From the NCBI GenBank assembly GCA_029260905.1, contig JAJDCH010000014.1:24129-88128 (forward strand): a DNA stretch of 64,000 nt. The letters run 5' to 3'. The notes below the pieces were generated by a model, which was not told the DNA's origin, did not search any database, and saw only the letters and a program-made list of their open reading frames with translations. The translations under genes were made by a program, and so were the position numbers. Below are positions 1 through 9,659 of the stretch, piece after piece (positions within the stretch are counted from its first letter, which is position 1; each line of letters begins with the position of its first letter). The stretch comes from Candidatus Levyibacteriota bacterium (GTDB lineage Bacteria; Patescibacteriota; Microgenomatia; Levybacterales; UBA12049).

Positions 1-14
1 AATTTTTTGTATAC

Positions 15-1307
15 GTGTTAATTTCACTTGCCGTCAAATTGATGGTGGTTATTTCTTATTTCAACAAAATAGTTGATAATAATATAGGATCTATTATTGG
101 GCTTTTCAAAAGTTACAAATTTGAGAAAAAGAATAACAAAAAAAAGCTGCACGTATTGTTTTTTAACTGGAGAGACACAAAGCATATTTATTCAGGAGGA
201 GCTGAGGTTTATATTCATGAAATTGCAAAAAGATTTGTAGGTGATGGAAATAGGGTTACTGTTTTTTGTGGAAACGATAATAATCAAAGAGCAGAAGAGG
301 TAATTAACGGGGTTGAGATTATGAGAAGAGGTGGAACTTTTAGTGTTTATGTATATGCACTTTTTTATTATCTTTTAAAATTTAGAGGTAAAGTAGATGT
401 TATAATTGATTGTGAAAATGGAATTCCATTTTTTACACCTCTTTTTGTAAAAGAGCCAGTTATTCTTCTTGTACACCATGTTCATCAAGAAATATTCAGA
501 GCATTTTTAAAATTTCCACTAAATTATATTGCAGAATTTTTGGAGGGAAATTTGATGCCATTGGTGTATAGCAAAAAAAAGGTTGTAACCGTCTCTCAAT
601 CATCAAGAGAGGATATTATATCGCTAGGATTTACTGATCCATCAAGAATTGAAATTATCCAAAATGGTGTTTCTGGAAATGTGAGTATTTTGCCAGCTGA
701 AAAAACGACATACCCCTCATTTATTTATTTGGGGAGATTAAAAGAATATAAGAGTGTTGATATTGCCATAAAAGCATTTTCAAAAATTCTTTTAAAACAT
801 AAAGATGCAAGATTATCAATAGTTGGCTGGGGAGAAACTTACCCAAAGCTAAAAAACTTAGTTAATAACCTTGGATTAACTGAAAGTATTAATTTTTATG
901 GAAAAGTTGATGAGGCTAAAAAGATTCAGCTTCTCTCATCGGCTTGGGCAATGATTCAGCCTTCATTATTTGAAGGTTGGGGTCTTACTGTAATAGAGGC
1001 AAATACATGTAAAACACCTGTTATTGCATCAAGGGTAAACGGTCTTGTTGATTCTGTTATTGATAAAAGTACAGGAATTTTGGTTGATGTCAAAGATGTT
1101 GATGGTTTTGCAAAAGCGATGTCAGAGATTATATCAGATCCTCAATATTTGCAGATACTCTCGAAAGAAGCAGAAATTTGGTCAAAGAATTTTAGCTGGG
1201 AAAGAAGCGTTCAGGAATTTTATCAAGTAATCGATAAAACAGTAAGTGAAAATAAATCCAGAGCTTCATTTGCCGGATTTACATTTTGGTCAGACTTGAA
1301 TAATTAA
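15..1307 (+). CDS. Glycosyltransferase family 4 (GT4, RfaB-like). The ORF runs to the window edge, so the true start may lie upstream, or internally near the KKKLHVLFFNWRD segment.
   Basis: The N-terminal GT-B motif HVLFFNWRD...GGAEVYIHEIAKRFV and the C-terminal EGWGLTVIEANTCKTPVIASRVNGLVDSV motif (the EX7E region) are both present. It is the first gene of a tightly packed plus-strand operon. Confidence 0.8.
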   Translation: MLISLAVKLMVVISYFNKIVDNNIGSIIGLFKSYKFEKKNNKKKLHVLFFNWRDTKHIYSGGAEVYIHEIAKRFVGDGNRVTVFCGNDNNQRAEEVINGVEIMRRGGTFSVYVYALFYYLLKFRGKVDVIIDCENGIPFFTPLFVKEPVILLVHHVHQEIFRAFLKFPLNYIAEFLEGNLMPLVYSKKKVVTVSQSSREDIISLGFTDPSRIEIIQNGVSGNVSILPAEKTTYPSFIYLGRLKEYKSVDIAIKAFSKILLKHKDARLSIVGWGETYPKLKNLVNNLGLTESINFYGKVDEAKKIQLLSSAWAMIQPSLFEGWGLTVIEANTCKTPVIASRVNGLVDSVIDKSTGILVDVKDVDGFAKAMSEIISDPQYLQILSKEAEIWSKNFSWERSVQEFYQVIDKTVSENKSRASFAGFTFWSDLNN

Positions 1308-1309
1308 TT

Positions 1310-2218
1310 ATGAAAAATAAAAAATTACTATCTGTTGGAATACCTGCATATAATGAATCAGGAAATATCAAAAAACTGATTAAATCAATATTGTCTCAGG
1401 CTCAAGACAATTTTAGACTAAAAGAAATTATTGTTGTGTCTGATGGAAGTACAGACAGTACTTATGAAAAAGCAAAAAAATATAATAGTTCAAAGCTACG
1501 TGTTGTAAAAAATAAAAAAAGAATGGGAAAATCTTTTTGTCTTAAGGAGATTATCAAAAAAAACAAAAGTGACATTCTTATTCTGATTGATGCGGATGTT
1601 TATATAGATAATTCATTTTTATTTTCATCAATCGTGAATAACTGTAATTTCAAAAAAGCTGGAATTGCAGCAGTTAACGCATCGCCGATTGATGGAAAGA
1701 CATATTTTGAAAAAATTCTTCAATCAGGTGTTGTTGCAATGAAGCAAATATCAAAATTGTGGTTGAAGTCTCACAATTATTTAGCATTTAGAGGTAGTTT
1801 GTTAGCTTTGGATCGCAGATTTTCAAAAAAGTCACAAATAGACGAAAACCTGGTAAATAATGATTCATTTTTTTACTTTAAAGCAATTGAGCTTGGTTAC
1901 TCCCCTATTTTTTTTGAAAACCTTTTTGTTTATTATAAATTACCATCAAATTTCACAGACCATAAAAAACAATCTCTTAGACATTCTTTTGCAAAAAATG
2001 AGTTGAGGATATATCTTAATAAAGACTTAAGCAAGAAACTTAAAATACCATTTCAAATATATTTTTTTGTAACACTTTCAAATATTGCTAAAAATTTTAT
2101 TTATTTTTTCCCTTATTTAATTATTAGTTTTTTAATAAAATTTGGCAAAAAAGAAAAAGTAAAAAATAAATGGATGGTTGCTGAGTCAACCAAGAAAGGT
2201 GTTTATGTCAAAAAATAA
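1310..2218 (+). CDS. Glycosyltransferase family 2 (GT-A fold) with C-terminal transmembrane helices
   Basis: The N-terminus LSVGIPAYNESGNIKKLI...VVSDGSTDST...DADV matches the GT2 DXD-type signature. It starts 3 nt after the upstream gene. Confidence 0.8.
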   Translation: MKNKKLLSVGIPAYNESGNIKKLIKSILSQAQDNFRLKEIIVVSDGSTDSTYEKAKKYNSSKLRVVKNKKRMGKSFCLKEIIKKNKSDILILIDADVYIDNSFLFSSIVNNCNFKKAGIAAVNASPIDGKTYFEKILQSGVVAMKQISKLWLKSHNYLAFRGSLLALDRRFSKKSQIDENLVNNDSFFYFKAIELGYSPIFFENLFVYYKLPSNFTDHKKQSLRHSFAKNELRIYLNKDLSKKLKIPFQIYFFVTLSNIAKNFIYFFPYLIISFLIKFGKKEKVKNKWMVAESTKKGVYVKK

Positions 2219-3215
2219 ATATTCAGATCTAAAAAAAATAAATTTTTTAAAAATAATTAAAAATCAAAAAAAAATCAAGAATTTAAAATGTTTAATTTTT
2301 GGTAATTTTGGCGCTGGCAATATGGGAGATGAAGCAATTCTTGCTGGAGAATTAAATCAATTAAGAAAAAATAAAATTAGTAATATTTTTGTAGTTGGAA
2401 AAAATACAAGATTGATTAAAAAAATCCACAAGGTAAATGCAATTAATCTTTATAAATTGGATAAAATACTTAGAGCACTTTTAAGTTCAGATTTAATAAT
2501 ATTTGGTGGAGGTGGGATAATCAATAAATCTGATATTAAAGGATTTATTTATCAAATATACATTTTAACTATTTTTTTGTTTATTCCATCTTTATTTGAA
2601 AAAAGAATTTATCTAATAGGACTTGGCATATATAAAAATGCTAATAAATTAATTATTGGTTATTTTGTTTCTCTTTTAAAGAAAGTAGAATTTATTTCAG
2701 TAAGAGACAGGGATTCAAAGGTTTTACTTGAAGAAAAAGGAGTGAGTAGTAGTGTTTTTATGGACAATAGTTTTTTGATGGATTTGCTATCAAAAAAAGC
2801 TGTGTTAAAAAATGATTTTTTTTCAAAAAAATATGACAAAAATAAAAAAAATATTGGAGTTGCGCTTGTTGATCCAAAAGACAAAGAGCTTGAAAAAAAG
2901 ATTCTGTCTGAAATAAGCAAACTTGTTTTATCTAAAAAAGATACGGTTTTTTGGTTTTATTATTCATATGTAAATGATAAAAAATTTGTAGATAAAATAA
3001 AAATTAGTATTAGCAAAAAATTTAATGATAAATTTGTTTATTTTGATATTCCAGTAGATTTTGGTCCCAAAATGTTTTTCTCCTCATTTTGCCTAATGGA
3101 TTATTTCCTAGCAAGCAGATTTCATGCTATGGTATTTGCATACCGTCAAAAAATAAAGTTTAGTCCTTTCCCTTATGATCTGAAATGTAGCCAATTCTTA
3201 AATTCAATAAAATAA
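2205..3215 (+). CDS. Polysaccharide pyruvyl transferase family protein (CsaB/WcaK-like)
   Basis: The motif FGNFGAGNMGDEAILAGEL near the N-terminus is typical of the PS_pyruv_trans family. The ATG at 2205 is preferred over the TTG at 2178 that the ORF track used. Confidence 0.55.
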   Translation: MSKNKYSDLKKINFLKIIKNQKKIKNLKCLIFGNFGAGNMGDEAILAGELNQLRKNKISNIFVVGKNTRLIKKIHKVNAINLYKLDKILRALLSSDLIIFGGGGIINKSDIKGFIYQIYILTIFLFIPSLFEKRIYLIGLGIYKNANKLIIGYFVSLLKKVEFISVRDRDSKVLLEEKGVSSSVFMDNSFLMDLLSKKAVLKNDFFSKKYDKNKKNIGVALVDPKDKELEKKILSEISKLVLSKKDTVFWFYYSYVNDKKFVDKIKISISKKFNDKFVYFDIPVDFGPKMFFSSFCLMDYFLASRFHAMVFAYRQKIKFSPFPYDLKCSQFLNSIK

Positions 3216-3219
3216 TAAT

Positions 3220-6200
3220 ATGAAACTTACAAATCTGTTTAATAAAATAACTTTTTTTAAAAACCCAAATTTTTTACTTGCATTTTTTTGCTTTATAATT
3301 CTTGGATTTGTTTTAAGAGGAATTCCTGGAAATCCTACCGCAAAGGATTTGAGTTCTGATGTATGGGTAGATGAGAAGGGGCCACTTGAACTTTCTCCTG
3401 AAAAAGGAAGATACGCTCTTACCTATTCACTAGTTGAAAATAAGTCGATTTATTTTTCAAAGGAATTAGCTCGTTTTTCTGCACCAGATGTAGGATATAT
3501 AAATAATAGATATGTATCTCTTTTTGCTCCAAGCCTCTCAGCTATTGCCATCCCTGGATATATTTTAGGAAAATTTTTTGGATCAGCACAACTTGGTACA
3601 TATCTTACTGTTACTATTTTTGCAGTTCTTAATGCACTGCTGATTCGTTTGATTGCGATAAGAATAGGTGTGGGTAAAAAAGCTGCAATTATTTCATCGT
3701 TTGCTTTTATTTTTGCATCGCCTGCTTTTTCGTATGCAGTCAGTTTTTATCAACATCATTTAAGTACTTTTTTAATTCTATTAAGCATTTATATATTAAC
3801 CTGTTCTAAATCTGTCAGATCACTAGCTGCTATATGGTTTTTGTTTGCATTTGCCGTAACTGTTGATTATCCAAATTTTTTCATGATGCTTCCAATCGCG
3901 CTTACAGCGTTTTTTAGATCTATTAATGTAAGAAACAAATTAGATCAAATAAGCTTACAAGTAAATTATAAAAAACTGTTAACATTTATTGTCGCTTTTG
4001 TTCCATTAATATCTCTTTTATTATTCAATCAATTTTCAAACGGCAATCCTTTTCTTTTATCAGGAGGTGTTGAGAGAGCAATAGGGGTTGAAAAAGATGG
4101 AACACCAAAGCTTGAAGGGGATGTAATACTTGAGAGACTGGATTTAAAACCAGGTGAGGCTTTGCCAGAAAAAACCATACTTGGATTTTTTCAGAACAGG
4201 AATATGTTAAATGGAATTTATATACAGTTATTTAGTCTTGATAGAGGATTTATTGTTTATGCACCAGTTATGCTTTTTGGAATTCTGGGTCTTATATATG
4301 CTTTAAGAAAAAAAATCAGCAATAGTGAACTTTTACTTTCAATTGTTGGATTCAATCTTATTTTATATTCAATGTGGAGTGATCCAGCAGGCGGTTGGGC
4401 TTTTGGAACGCGTTATCTTATTCCATCTTTCGCAATTCTTTCGATATTCATTGGTTTTGCGCTTCGTATTATTAGAAAAAATATTGTTCTCTTACTTATA
4501 TTTATGAGTCTTTTTTCGTATTCAATTGGAGTTAATACAATTGGTGCAGTCACTTCCAATAGAAATCCGCCAAGAGTTGAGATAAATGATTTGGAATCGA
4601 AAACAAAAAAAGTAGAAAAATACACATTCATGAGAAATTTTGAAAAGCTTAACGACGGAAACGTTAAGTCATATTTCTATCAAACAAATGCAAAAGCTAT
4701 TATCTCAGCAAAAACTTATTATTTAATAATCTTACTGATTCTTTTATCTTCAACTTGTTTTATTTTGTATCAGTTTCAAAGAAAAGATGATGAGATATCT
4801 GAAGTTAAAAATAATGAGTCAGAATCGCTTACGAATTATTCGGAAATTGATATTTCTCAAAAATTTGTTCAAAAAGTAAAAAATTTCTTTCACAAAAGAA
4901 CGATCAAGGTAATTGTTGTAAGTTTTTCGACTGTTTCTATTGTTGCTTTTATCATTTATTATTTGAATGGTCTTGGTCTTGCATACAATGATGCAAGATC
5001 ACATCTAGACATTGGGCGACGCGTGGTAGAGAATTTGCAGCCAGGATTTGCTCAGCTTGGGTCAGTCTGGTTGCCGCTTCCCCATCTTCTTATGACTGTT
5101 ACGATCTGGAATGACTTTATGTGGCATTCTGGATTGTCTGGGGCAATACAGTCTATGGTTTCATATGTAGCATGTAATGTAATGATTTATCTATTTCTTA
5201 AAAAACTTAATGTCTCTATGTTTGGTCGAGTAATAGGAGTTTTGATTTTTGCATTTAATTTAAATGTTTTGTATATGCAATCAACTGCCATGACTGAGCT
5301 TTTACTGCTTGCTACACTTCTGGCTGGCACATATCAGCTTTTGTTGTGGTTTGAGTCAGATGAGGTATGGGATTTGATAAAGTCTGCATTTTTTGTCATG
5401 CTTGCAACACTTATCCGTTATGAAGGCTGGTTTTTGCTTCTTTTTTCAGCTATTTTAATTTTTCTGAAAACACTTAAAAAATCTAGTTATAAAAGAGCTG
5501 AAGGAATGTTTCTTCTTTATTCAAGTTTTGCAGGACTTGGTGTTGTCCTCTGGGTGTTGTGGAACACAATGATTTTTAAAGACCCTCTGTATTTCATATT
5601 CGGACCTTATTCTGCGTCTGCGCAGCAGGAGCTTTTGGAAGAAGCAGGAGTACTAGCAACTAAGCACGATTTGTTTTTTTCATTAAAAACATATTATTTT
5701 GCGCTTGTTTATAATACCGGAATGTTTCAAGTTATCCTAGGAGTTGTAGGTGCGCTTTTCCTTTTCTTTGATAAAAGAATATCTAAGAATCTAAAAATGG
5801 CATCTACTGCTCTTTTTGCGCCTTTTATTTTTAACGTGTTAGCTTTGTATCTAGGTCATTCTGTACTATTTGTACAAGGCTTATCAGGCACCTCATGGTT
5901 TAATGTCAGATATGGCTTGATGATGGCACCTGCTATTGCTATATTTATTGGATTTTTTATGGATAGAGTTAAATCAGTAAGACTGACTATTATTGGTATG
6001 TTGCTTTTTGTAACATTTTTTACATTTGTAAATCATGATGCTGTGACAATTGATGATGCGGTAGTTGGAGCAAGTGGGAAAAACGTTAAAGAAGTTAGTG
6101 GGTATTTAGAAGAAAATGCATTGCAAGAGCCTCATTTTGTACTTATATCAGCAGCAAGTCATGATGCAATTATTTTTTCATCAGGTCTCCCAATGAAGCG

Positions 6201-6441
6201 ATTTATTCATGAAGGAACAGGTTTGTATTGGGATTTAGCAACAGCACATCCTGAAAAATGGGCACGCTGGATCATTCTTCGAACTTATGATCAAGGAGAT
6301 CAAACCTACAGAATACTACAATACAGCACATCTTTTAAGGAAAATTATACATTAGTACATAAATTTCCATTTGCCGATATATATGAATTAAAACCTGAAT
6401 TCATATCTGCTCTTGAGACAAATGCAAGCGCTTTTGAATAA
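3220..6441 (+). CDS. Large polytopic membrane protein that looks like two tandem GT-C-type (PMT/ArnT-like) glycosyltransferase modules fused into one 1073-aa protein
   Basis: The hydrophobic periodicity suggests many TM helices. The first half carries an extracytoplasmic loop (YSLVENKSIYFSKELARFSAPDVGYINNRYVSLFAPS) that resembles PMT_2/ArnT. The second half (from about residue 560, AYNDARSHLDIGRRVVENLQPGFAQLGSVWLPLPH) starts a second GT-C-like module. The modules are separated by a K/E-rich linker. Confidence 0.55.
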   Translation: MKLTNLFNKITFFKNPNFLLAFFCFIILGFVLRGIPGNPTAKDLSSDVWVDEKGPLELSPEKGRYALTYSLVENKSIYFSKELARFSAPDVGYINNRYVSLFAPSLSAIAIPGYILGKFFGSAQLGTYLTVTIFAVLNALLIRLIAIRIGVGKKAAIISSFAFIFASPAFSYAVSFYQHHLSTFLILLSIYILTCSKSVRSLAAIWFLFAFAVTVDYPNFFMMLPIALTAFFRSINVRNKLDQISLQVNYKKLLTFIVAFVPLISLLLFNQFSNGNPFLLSGGVERAIGVEKDGTPKLEGDVILERLDLKPGEALPEKTILGFFQNRNMLNGIYIQLFSLDRGFIVYAPVMLFGILGLIYALRKKISNSELLLSIVGFNLILYSMWSDPAGGWAFGTRYLIPSFAILSIFIGFALRIIRKNIVLLLIFMSLFSYSIGVNTIGAVTSNRNPPRVEINDLESKTKKVEKYTFMRNFEKLNDGNVKSYFYQTNAKAIISAKTYYLIILLILLSSTCFILYQFQRKDDEISEVKNNESESLTNYSEIDISQKFVQKVKNFFHKRTIKVIVVSFSTVSIVAFIIYYLNGLGLAYNDARSHLDIGRRVVENLQPGFAQLGSVWLPLPHLLMTVTIWNDFMWHSGLSGAIQSMVSYVACNVMIYLFLKKLNVSMFGRVIGVLIFAFNLNVLYMQSTAMTELLLLATLLAGTYQLLLWFESDEVWDLIKSAFFVMLATLIRYEGWFLLLFSAILIFLKTLKKSSYKRAEGMFLLYSSFAGLGVVLWVLWNTMIFKDPLYFIFGPYSASAQQELLEEAGVLATKHDLFFSLKTYYFALVYNTGMFQVILGVVGALFLFFDKRISKNLKMASTALFAPFIFNVLALYLGHSVLFVQGLSGTSWFNVRYGLMMAPAIAIFIGFFMDRVKSVRLTIIGMLLFVTFFTFVNHDAVTIDDAVVGASGKNVKEVSGYLEENALQEPHFVLISAASHDAIIFSSGLPMKRFIHEGTGLYWDLATAHPEKWARWIILRTYDQGDQTYRILQYSTSFKENYTLVHKFPFADIYELKPEFISALETNASAFE

Positions 6442-6442
6442 T

Positions 6443-7411
6443 ATGAAAAAAAAATTAAAAATTATAATTTTTTTACTTTTAATGATAATTTTTTTGTCAG
6501 GTTTTTATATATTTATAAAAAATAAGATAGATCAAAACTGGCAAGTAAAATCAATTGATACTATGAAATATTCAAGAGATGAGGCTCAAAGAGGAATAAA
6601 TGATAAGAATTATGTTTCATCAATTGACAGACAGATGGCCGAGATTGCTGGAGCTGGGGCAAATTATGTTGCAATAGGAACACCATATGATAAAGAATTT
6701 TTGCCGGTATTGAGGTTGTGGGTAAAAGCAGCAAGAAGACGTGAGCTAAAAGTTTTCTTTAGGGGAAATTTTTCGGGTTGGGAAGAGTGGTTTGGGTATG
6801 AAAAAATTGGAGAAGAAGAACATCTGAGGTTAACAGAAGAGTTTATTCTTGAAAATTCTGATCTTTTTGAAGATGGAGATATTTTCTCATCTTGTCCAGA
6901 ATGTGAAAATGGTCCAAGATTCTCATATCATGACAAAATAGCTGTTTCTAAGCACAGGAGCTTTATCCTACAGGAATACCAATTAACCAAAAAAGCTTTT
7001 GAGGAAATAGAAAAAGATGTTGATTCAAATTATTTTTCTATGAATATGGATGTTGCAAAACTTATTATGGATCGTGAAACTACTGAAAAACTTGATGGAA
7101 TTGTGACTGTTGATCACTATGTAAAAGATACTGAGGTGCTTGCTAGAGACGTAGAAGCACTTGCTAACCAAACCGGTGGAATGATAGTTCTGGGTGAGTT
7201 TGGCGCTCCAATTCCTGATATCCATGGAGAAATGAACAATCAGCAACAAAAAGATTGGATTGAGGCTGTTTTAACAGATTTATCTAATCGTTCTTATATA
7301 AAGGGAGTTAATTATTGGGTGGGTGTGGGGGGCTCTACAGCTCTCTGGAGTGACAGTGGGGATCCCAAACCAGCAGTTGAGGTAATTAGACAATTTTATC
7401 AAAAGAAATAA
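6443..7411 (+). CDS. Membrane-anchored hypothetical protein, possibly a TIM-barrel glycoside hydrolase (GEFG nucleophile-like motif)
   Basis: An N-terminal TM anchor is followed by the motifs VAIGTPYDKEF, FFRGNFSGWEEWFGY and VLGEFGAPIP, which are reminiscent of GH5-type catalytic motifs. The ATG at 6443 lies 2 nt after the upstream stop and is last in the glycan operon. Confidence 0.35.
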   Translation: MKKKLKIIIFLLLMIIFLSGFYIFIKNKIDQNWQVKSIDTMKYSRDEAQRGINDKNYVSSIDRQMAEIAGAGANYVAIGTPYDKEFLPVLRLWVKAARRRELKVFFRGNFSGWEEWFGYEKIGEEEHLRLTEEFILENSDLFEDGDIFSSCPECENGPRFSYHDKIAVSKHRSFILQEYQLTKKAFEEIEKDVDSNYFSMNMDVAKLIMDRETTEKLDGIVTVDHYVKDTEVLARDVEALANQTGGMIVLGEFGAPIPDIHGEMNNQQQKDWIEAVLTDLSNRSYIKGVNYWVGVGGSTALWSDSGDPKPAVEVIRQFYQKK

Positions 7412-7428
7412 CATATAGTAATATACTA

Positions 7429-7457
7429 TTGACAAACTAATTGATCTATGATATAAA
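7429..7457 (+). promoter_or_regulatory. Sigma70-like promoter: TTGACA, 17-nt spacer, TATAAA
   Basis: TTGACA lies at 7429-7434 and TATAAA at 7452-7457 with a 17-nt spacer, 29 nt upstream of the ATG at 7486. Confidence 0.4.
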
Positions 7458-7485
7458 GTGATTCATACTTTCTATAAGTCTTAAT

Positions 7486-8010
7486 ATGAATAAAAATAAA
7501 AGTATTTTAATGGTAACAGCATTCGCCCTTTCGCTTGGGTTTGTTTCACCAGTTGAAGCAGCAGGCGGTGCTCCTGATTTTGGGACATGTGTTGCTCCAA
7601 AAGGAGAAGTAATAGCTAGCTACGCAAATGGGGTTCATGGAATTCCAGGAAAAAGAGAAACCTTTAAAGGTTCAGACACTGTATATAAAATATCTCAAGA
7701 CGTAGTCTTGCAGTGTTTTTGTCCAGAAAACGGCAAAGGAATCCAAACTAATTGGCTTAGAGCAAAAGATCTTTCCAAAACAGAAATAGCAAAGCTCAGA
7801 AAACAAGGATGGGTCTATATCGCAACAGGTTCAGTCTGGGGACTTGATGATGTTGCATATCTTGCAAAAAATGTTGAATATACATGTAAAGCTGGAGTAG
7901 CCACAAAAGGTCTTGCAAATACAGGTAATCTTTTTCTTCTCAATACCCTTCTTTTAGGCGGCATGACAACAGCTGCATTAGCATTTCTTTTAAAGAAATT
8001 CAGAAAATAA
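7486..8010 (+). CDS. Secreted Cys-containing protein with a C-terminal cell-wall sorting signal (LANTG, a hydrophobic stretch and a KKFRK tail); a predicted sortase substrate
   Basis: It has a signal peptide (MNKNKSILMVTAFALSLGFVSPVEA). The C-terminus reads LANTGNLFLLNTLLLGGMTTAALAFLLKKFRK, which is the classic three-part sorting signal with an LAXTG-type motif. A sortase gene follows immediately. Confidence 0.65.
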   Translation: MNKNKSILMVTAFALSLGFVSPVEAAGGAPDFGTCVAPKGEVIASYANGVHGIPGKRETFKGSDTVYKISQDVVLQCFCPENGKGIQTNWLRAKDLSKTEIAKLRKQGWVYIATGSVWGLDDVAYLAKNVEYTCKAGVATKGLANTGNLFLLNTLLLGGMTTAALAFLLKKFRK

Positions 8011-8022
8011 TCGAATTTCATT

Positions 8023-8592
8023 ATGAAGAATGCATTCAACATTTTTCTAATTACTTTATCTATCGTTTTTTTCACACTTGCAGGTTTCCAGGTTTATCTT
8101 CGACTCAATCCCTCACGTACTCTAGCTGTTTCTACTGTTGGTTTTGAAAAATATCGTTATCCTCAGGTATTTGATCAAGTTGATGAAATAGTCGTTCTAA
8201 GCAACCCAATAAGAATTCAAATCGAAGATTTAGGAATTAACTTACCTATTTTTCAATCAAGAATTAATAACGATGTTTGGGAAACAACGGATAAGGGCGC
8301 ATCTTATCTCGTAGAAACGCCAGTTCCTGGAGACAAAGGCAATAGTGTTATCTATGGACATAACTGGAATGGTTTGTTTGCAAATCTAGTAAATACAAAG
8401 TCAGGACAAATTGTGAAAGTGGAGTATGAAGATGGAAGCACTAAGGAATTTGTAGTTGATCATACATCAATTGTAGGTCCTGATAATTCAGAAATTTTAG
8501 CTTTTTCAGAAAAACCGATATTGACAATATATACATGTACTGGTTTTCTTGATTCTCAAAGATTTGTTGTTGTTGCAACACTTAAACAATAA
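8023..8592 (+). CDS. Sortase (transpeptidase, C60 family), probably LAXTG-specific (class E-like)
   Basis: An N-terminal TM anchor is present. The catalytic residues are His in IYGHNWNG, Cys in the TLXTC motif LTIYTCTGF, and Arg in RFVVVATL. It lies 13 nt downstream of the substrate gene. Confidence 0.85.
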   Translation: MKNAFNIFLITLSIVFFTLAGFQVYLRLNPSRTLAVSTVGFEKYRYPQVFDQVDEIVVLSNPIRIQIEDLGINLPIFQSRINNDVWETTDKGASYLVETPVPGDKGNSVIYGHNWNGLFANLVNTKSGQIVKVEYEDGSTKEFVVDHTSIVGPDNSEILAFSEKPILTIYTCTGFLDSQRFVVVATLKQ

Positions 8593-8626
8593 AACCCCAC
8601 TATAGCTTTTTGCTAGGCGGGGTTTT
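8591..8626. terminator. Bidirectional rho-independent terminator between convergent genes
   Basis: The sequence AAAACCCCAC TATAGC TTTTT GCTAGG CGGGGTTTT forms an imperfect GC-closed hairpin flanked by an A-run and a T-run. It sits right after the sortase stop codon. Confidence 0.6.
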
Positions 8627-8767
8627 AAGTAAAACAAATATTGTTGTTTCATGATTATGATTAGGACAGAAAATCATAATCTAAAAAGTGTGTTCTTAGA
8701 TTAAGGGATATGCTTATTCTTGTCAATTAGTGCAAAGACAATTAAACTATATCAAAAGGTAGAATTA

Positions 8768-9619
8768 TTATTTTTTGTTAAAACTTAAAGATATTTTTGT
8801 TTTTAATCCAATGTGATCTGAGAGAAACCTTTTTTTGTTATTTCCAAGTATTTCTTTTTTGTTGAAAATCTCAATTGTATTTTGTATTTTTATTTTTCCA
8901 GTATTCATTCTTAAAAATATATAATCAATTCTTTTTACTTTTTTGTGTTTGGGTAAAAATGATTGGTGCTGTGTAGGGGTATGAAGTCGTTTAAATAAAT
9001 CCTCAAGCTTTGCATTTTTAATAAAATCCTTATAGATGAGTGAATCTTTTGCGGTATTAAAATCTCCTGCTGCTATTAGATCTCTTTTCTTTTTTGAATG
9101 ATTGTTTATTATTTCTGAAAGTTGCGCAAGTTGAGCGCTATTATACTTGCTAAAACGGTTTTTCATCGAGTAGTCATGGTCTAGATTTGGCGTGATGTGA
9201 GCGTTTAGTATATATACTGGGTAATTCTTCAATTTGCAAACAAGCGCTCCATTCCTAATTATATGAGCTATAAATGAAGTGTTGGTGAGACTTCCTCTAA
9301 TTTCAAAATCGATATATTCTGTTTTTTCAACTTTATGTTTGGAAAACATAACGAGTCCGCCTTTTGGCCCATAAAGATATTTTTTATAAATAACATAAGG
9401 ATATTTTGTAAGTTGTTTTCTTAAAATATTTAAAAAAGAGTATGTGTGAACCTCTTGAAGAAAAATTAAATCAACATCTTCTTTTTCAAGAATTTCAGCA
9501 ATTTTTTTTTGTCTTTTTATAAAATTTATAGAGTCCCAAAAGCCGTGAAGACTATCAAAACTAAATGCTCCCATGGTATTAAAACAAATAAGTGTTAGTT
9601 TAAGGGTTGTAAATTTCAT
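8768..9619 (-). CDS. Endonuclease/exonuclease/phosphatase (EEP) family protein
   Basis: The N-terminus has DLIFLQEVHTY, the catalytic Glu region. The C-terminus has FLSDHIGLK, the EEP SDH motif. Confidence 0.7.
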   Translation of the reverse strand: MKFTTLKLTLICFNTMGAFSFDSLHGFWDSINFIKRQKKIAEILEKEDVDLIFLQEVHTYSFLNILRKQLTKYPYVIYKKYLYGPKGGLVMFSKHKVEKTEYIDFEIRGSLTNTSFIAHIIRNGALVCKLKNYPVYILNAHITPNLDHDYSMKNRFSKYNSAQLAQLSEIINNHSKKKRDLIAAGDFNTAKDSLIYKDFIKNAKLEDLFKRLHTPTQHQSFLPKHKKVKRIDYIFLRMNTGKIKIQNTIEIFNKKEILGNNKKRFLSDHIGLKTKISLSFNKK

Positions 9620-9659
9620 CCAAACATTATACCATATTAGTCGTTATTTAAAGCTTTTT

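Noticed and set aside
2178-2204. TTG start at 2178 for the pyruvyl transferase, and likewise the extended N-termini of ORFs at 6413, 9573, 24805, 25361, 44826 and 55798
   Set aside because: In each case an internal ATG removes or reduces overlap with the upstream gene or a promoter/tRNA. The internal ATG also coincides with the start of the recognisable domain, so it was preferred.
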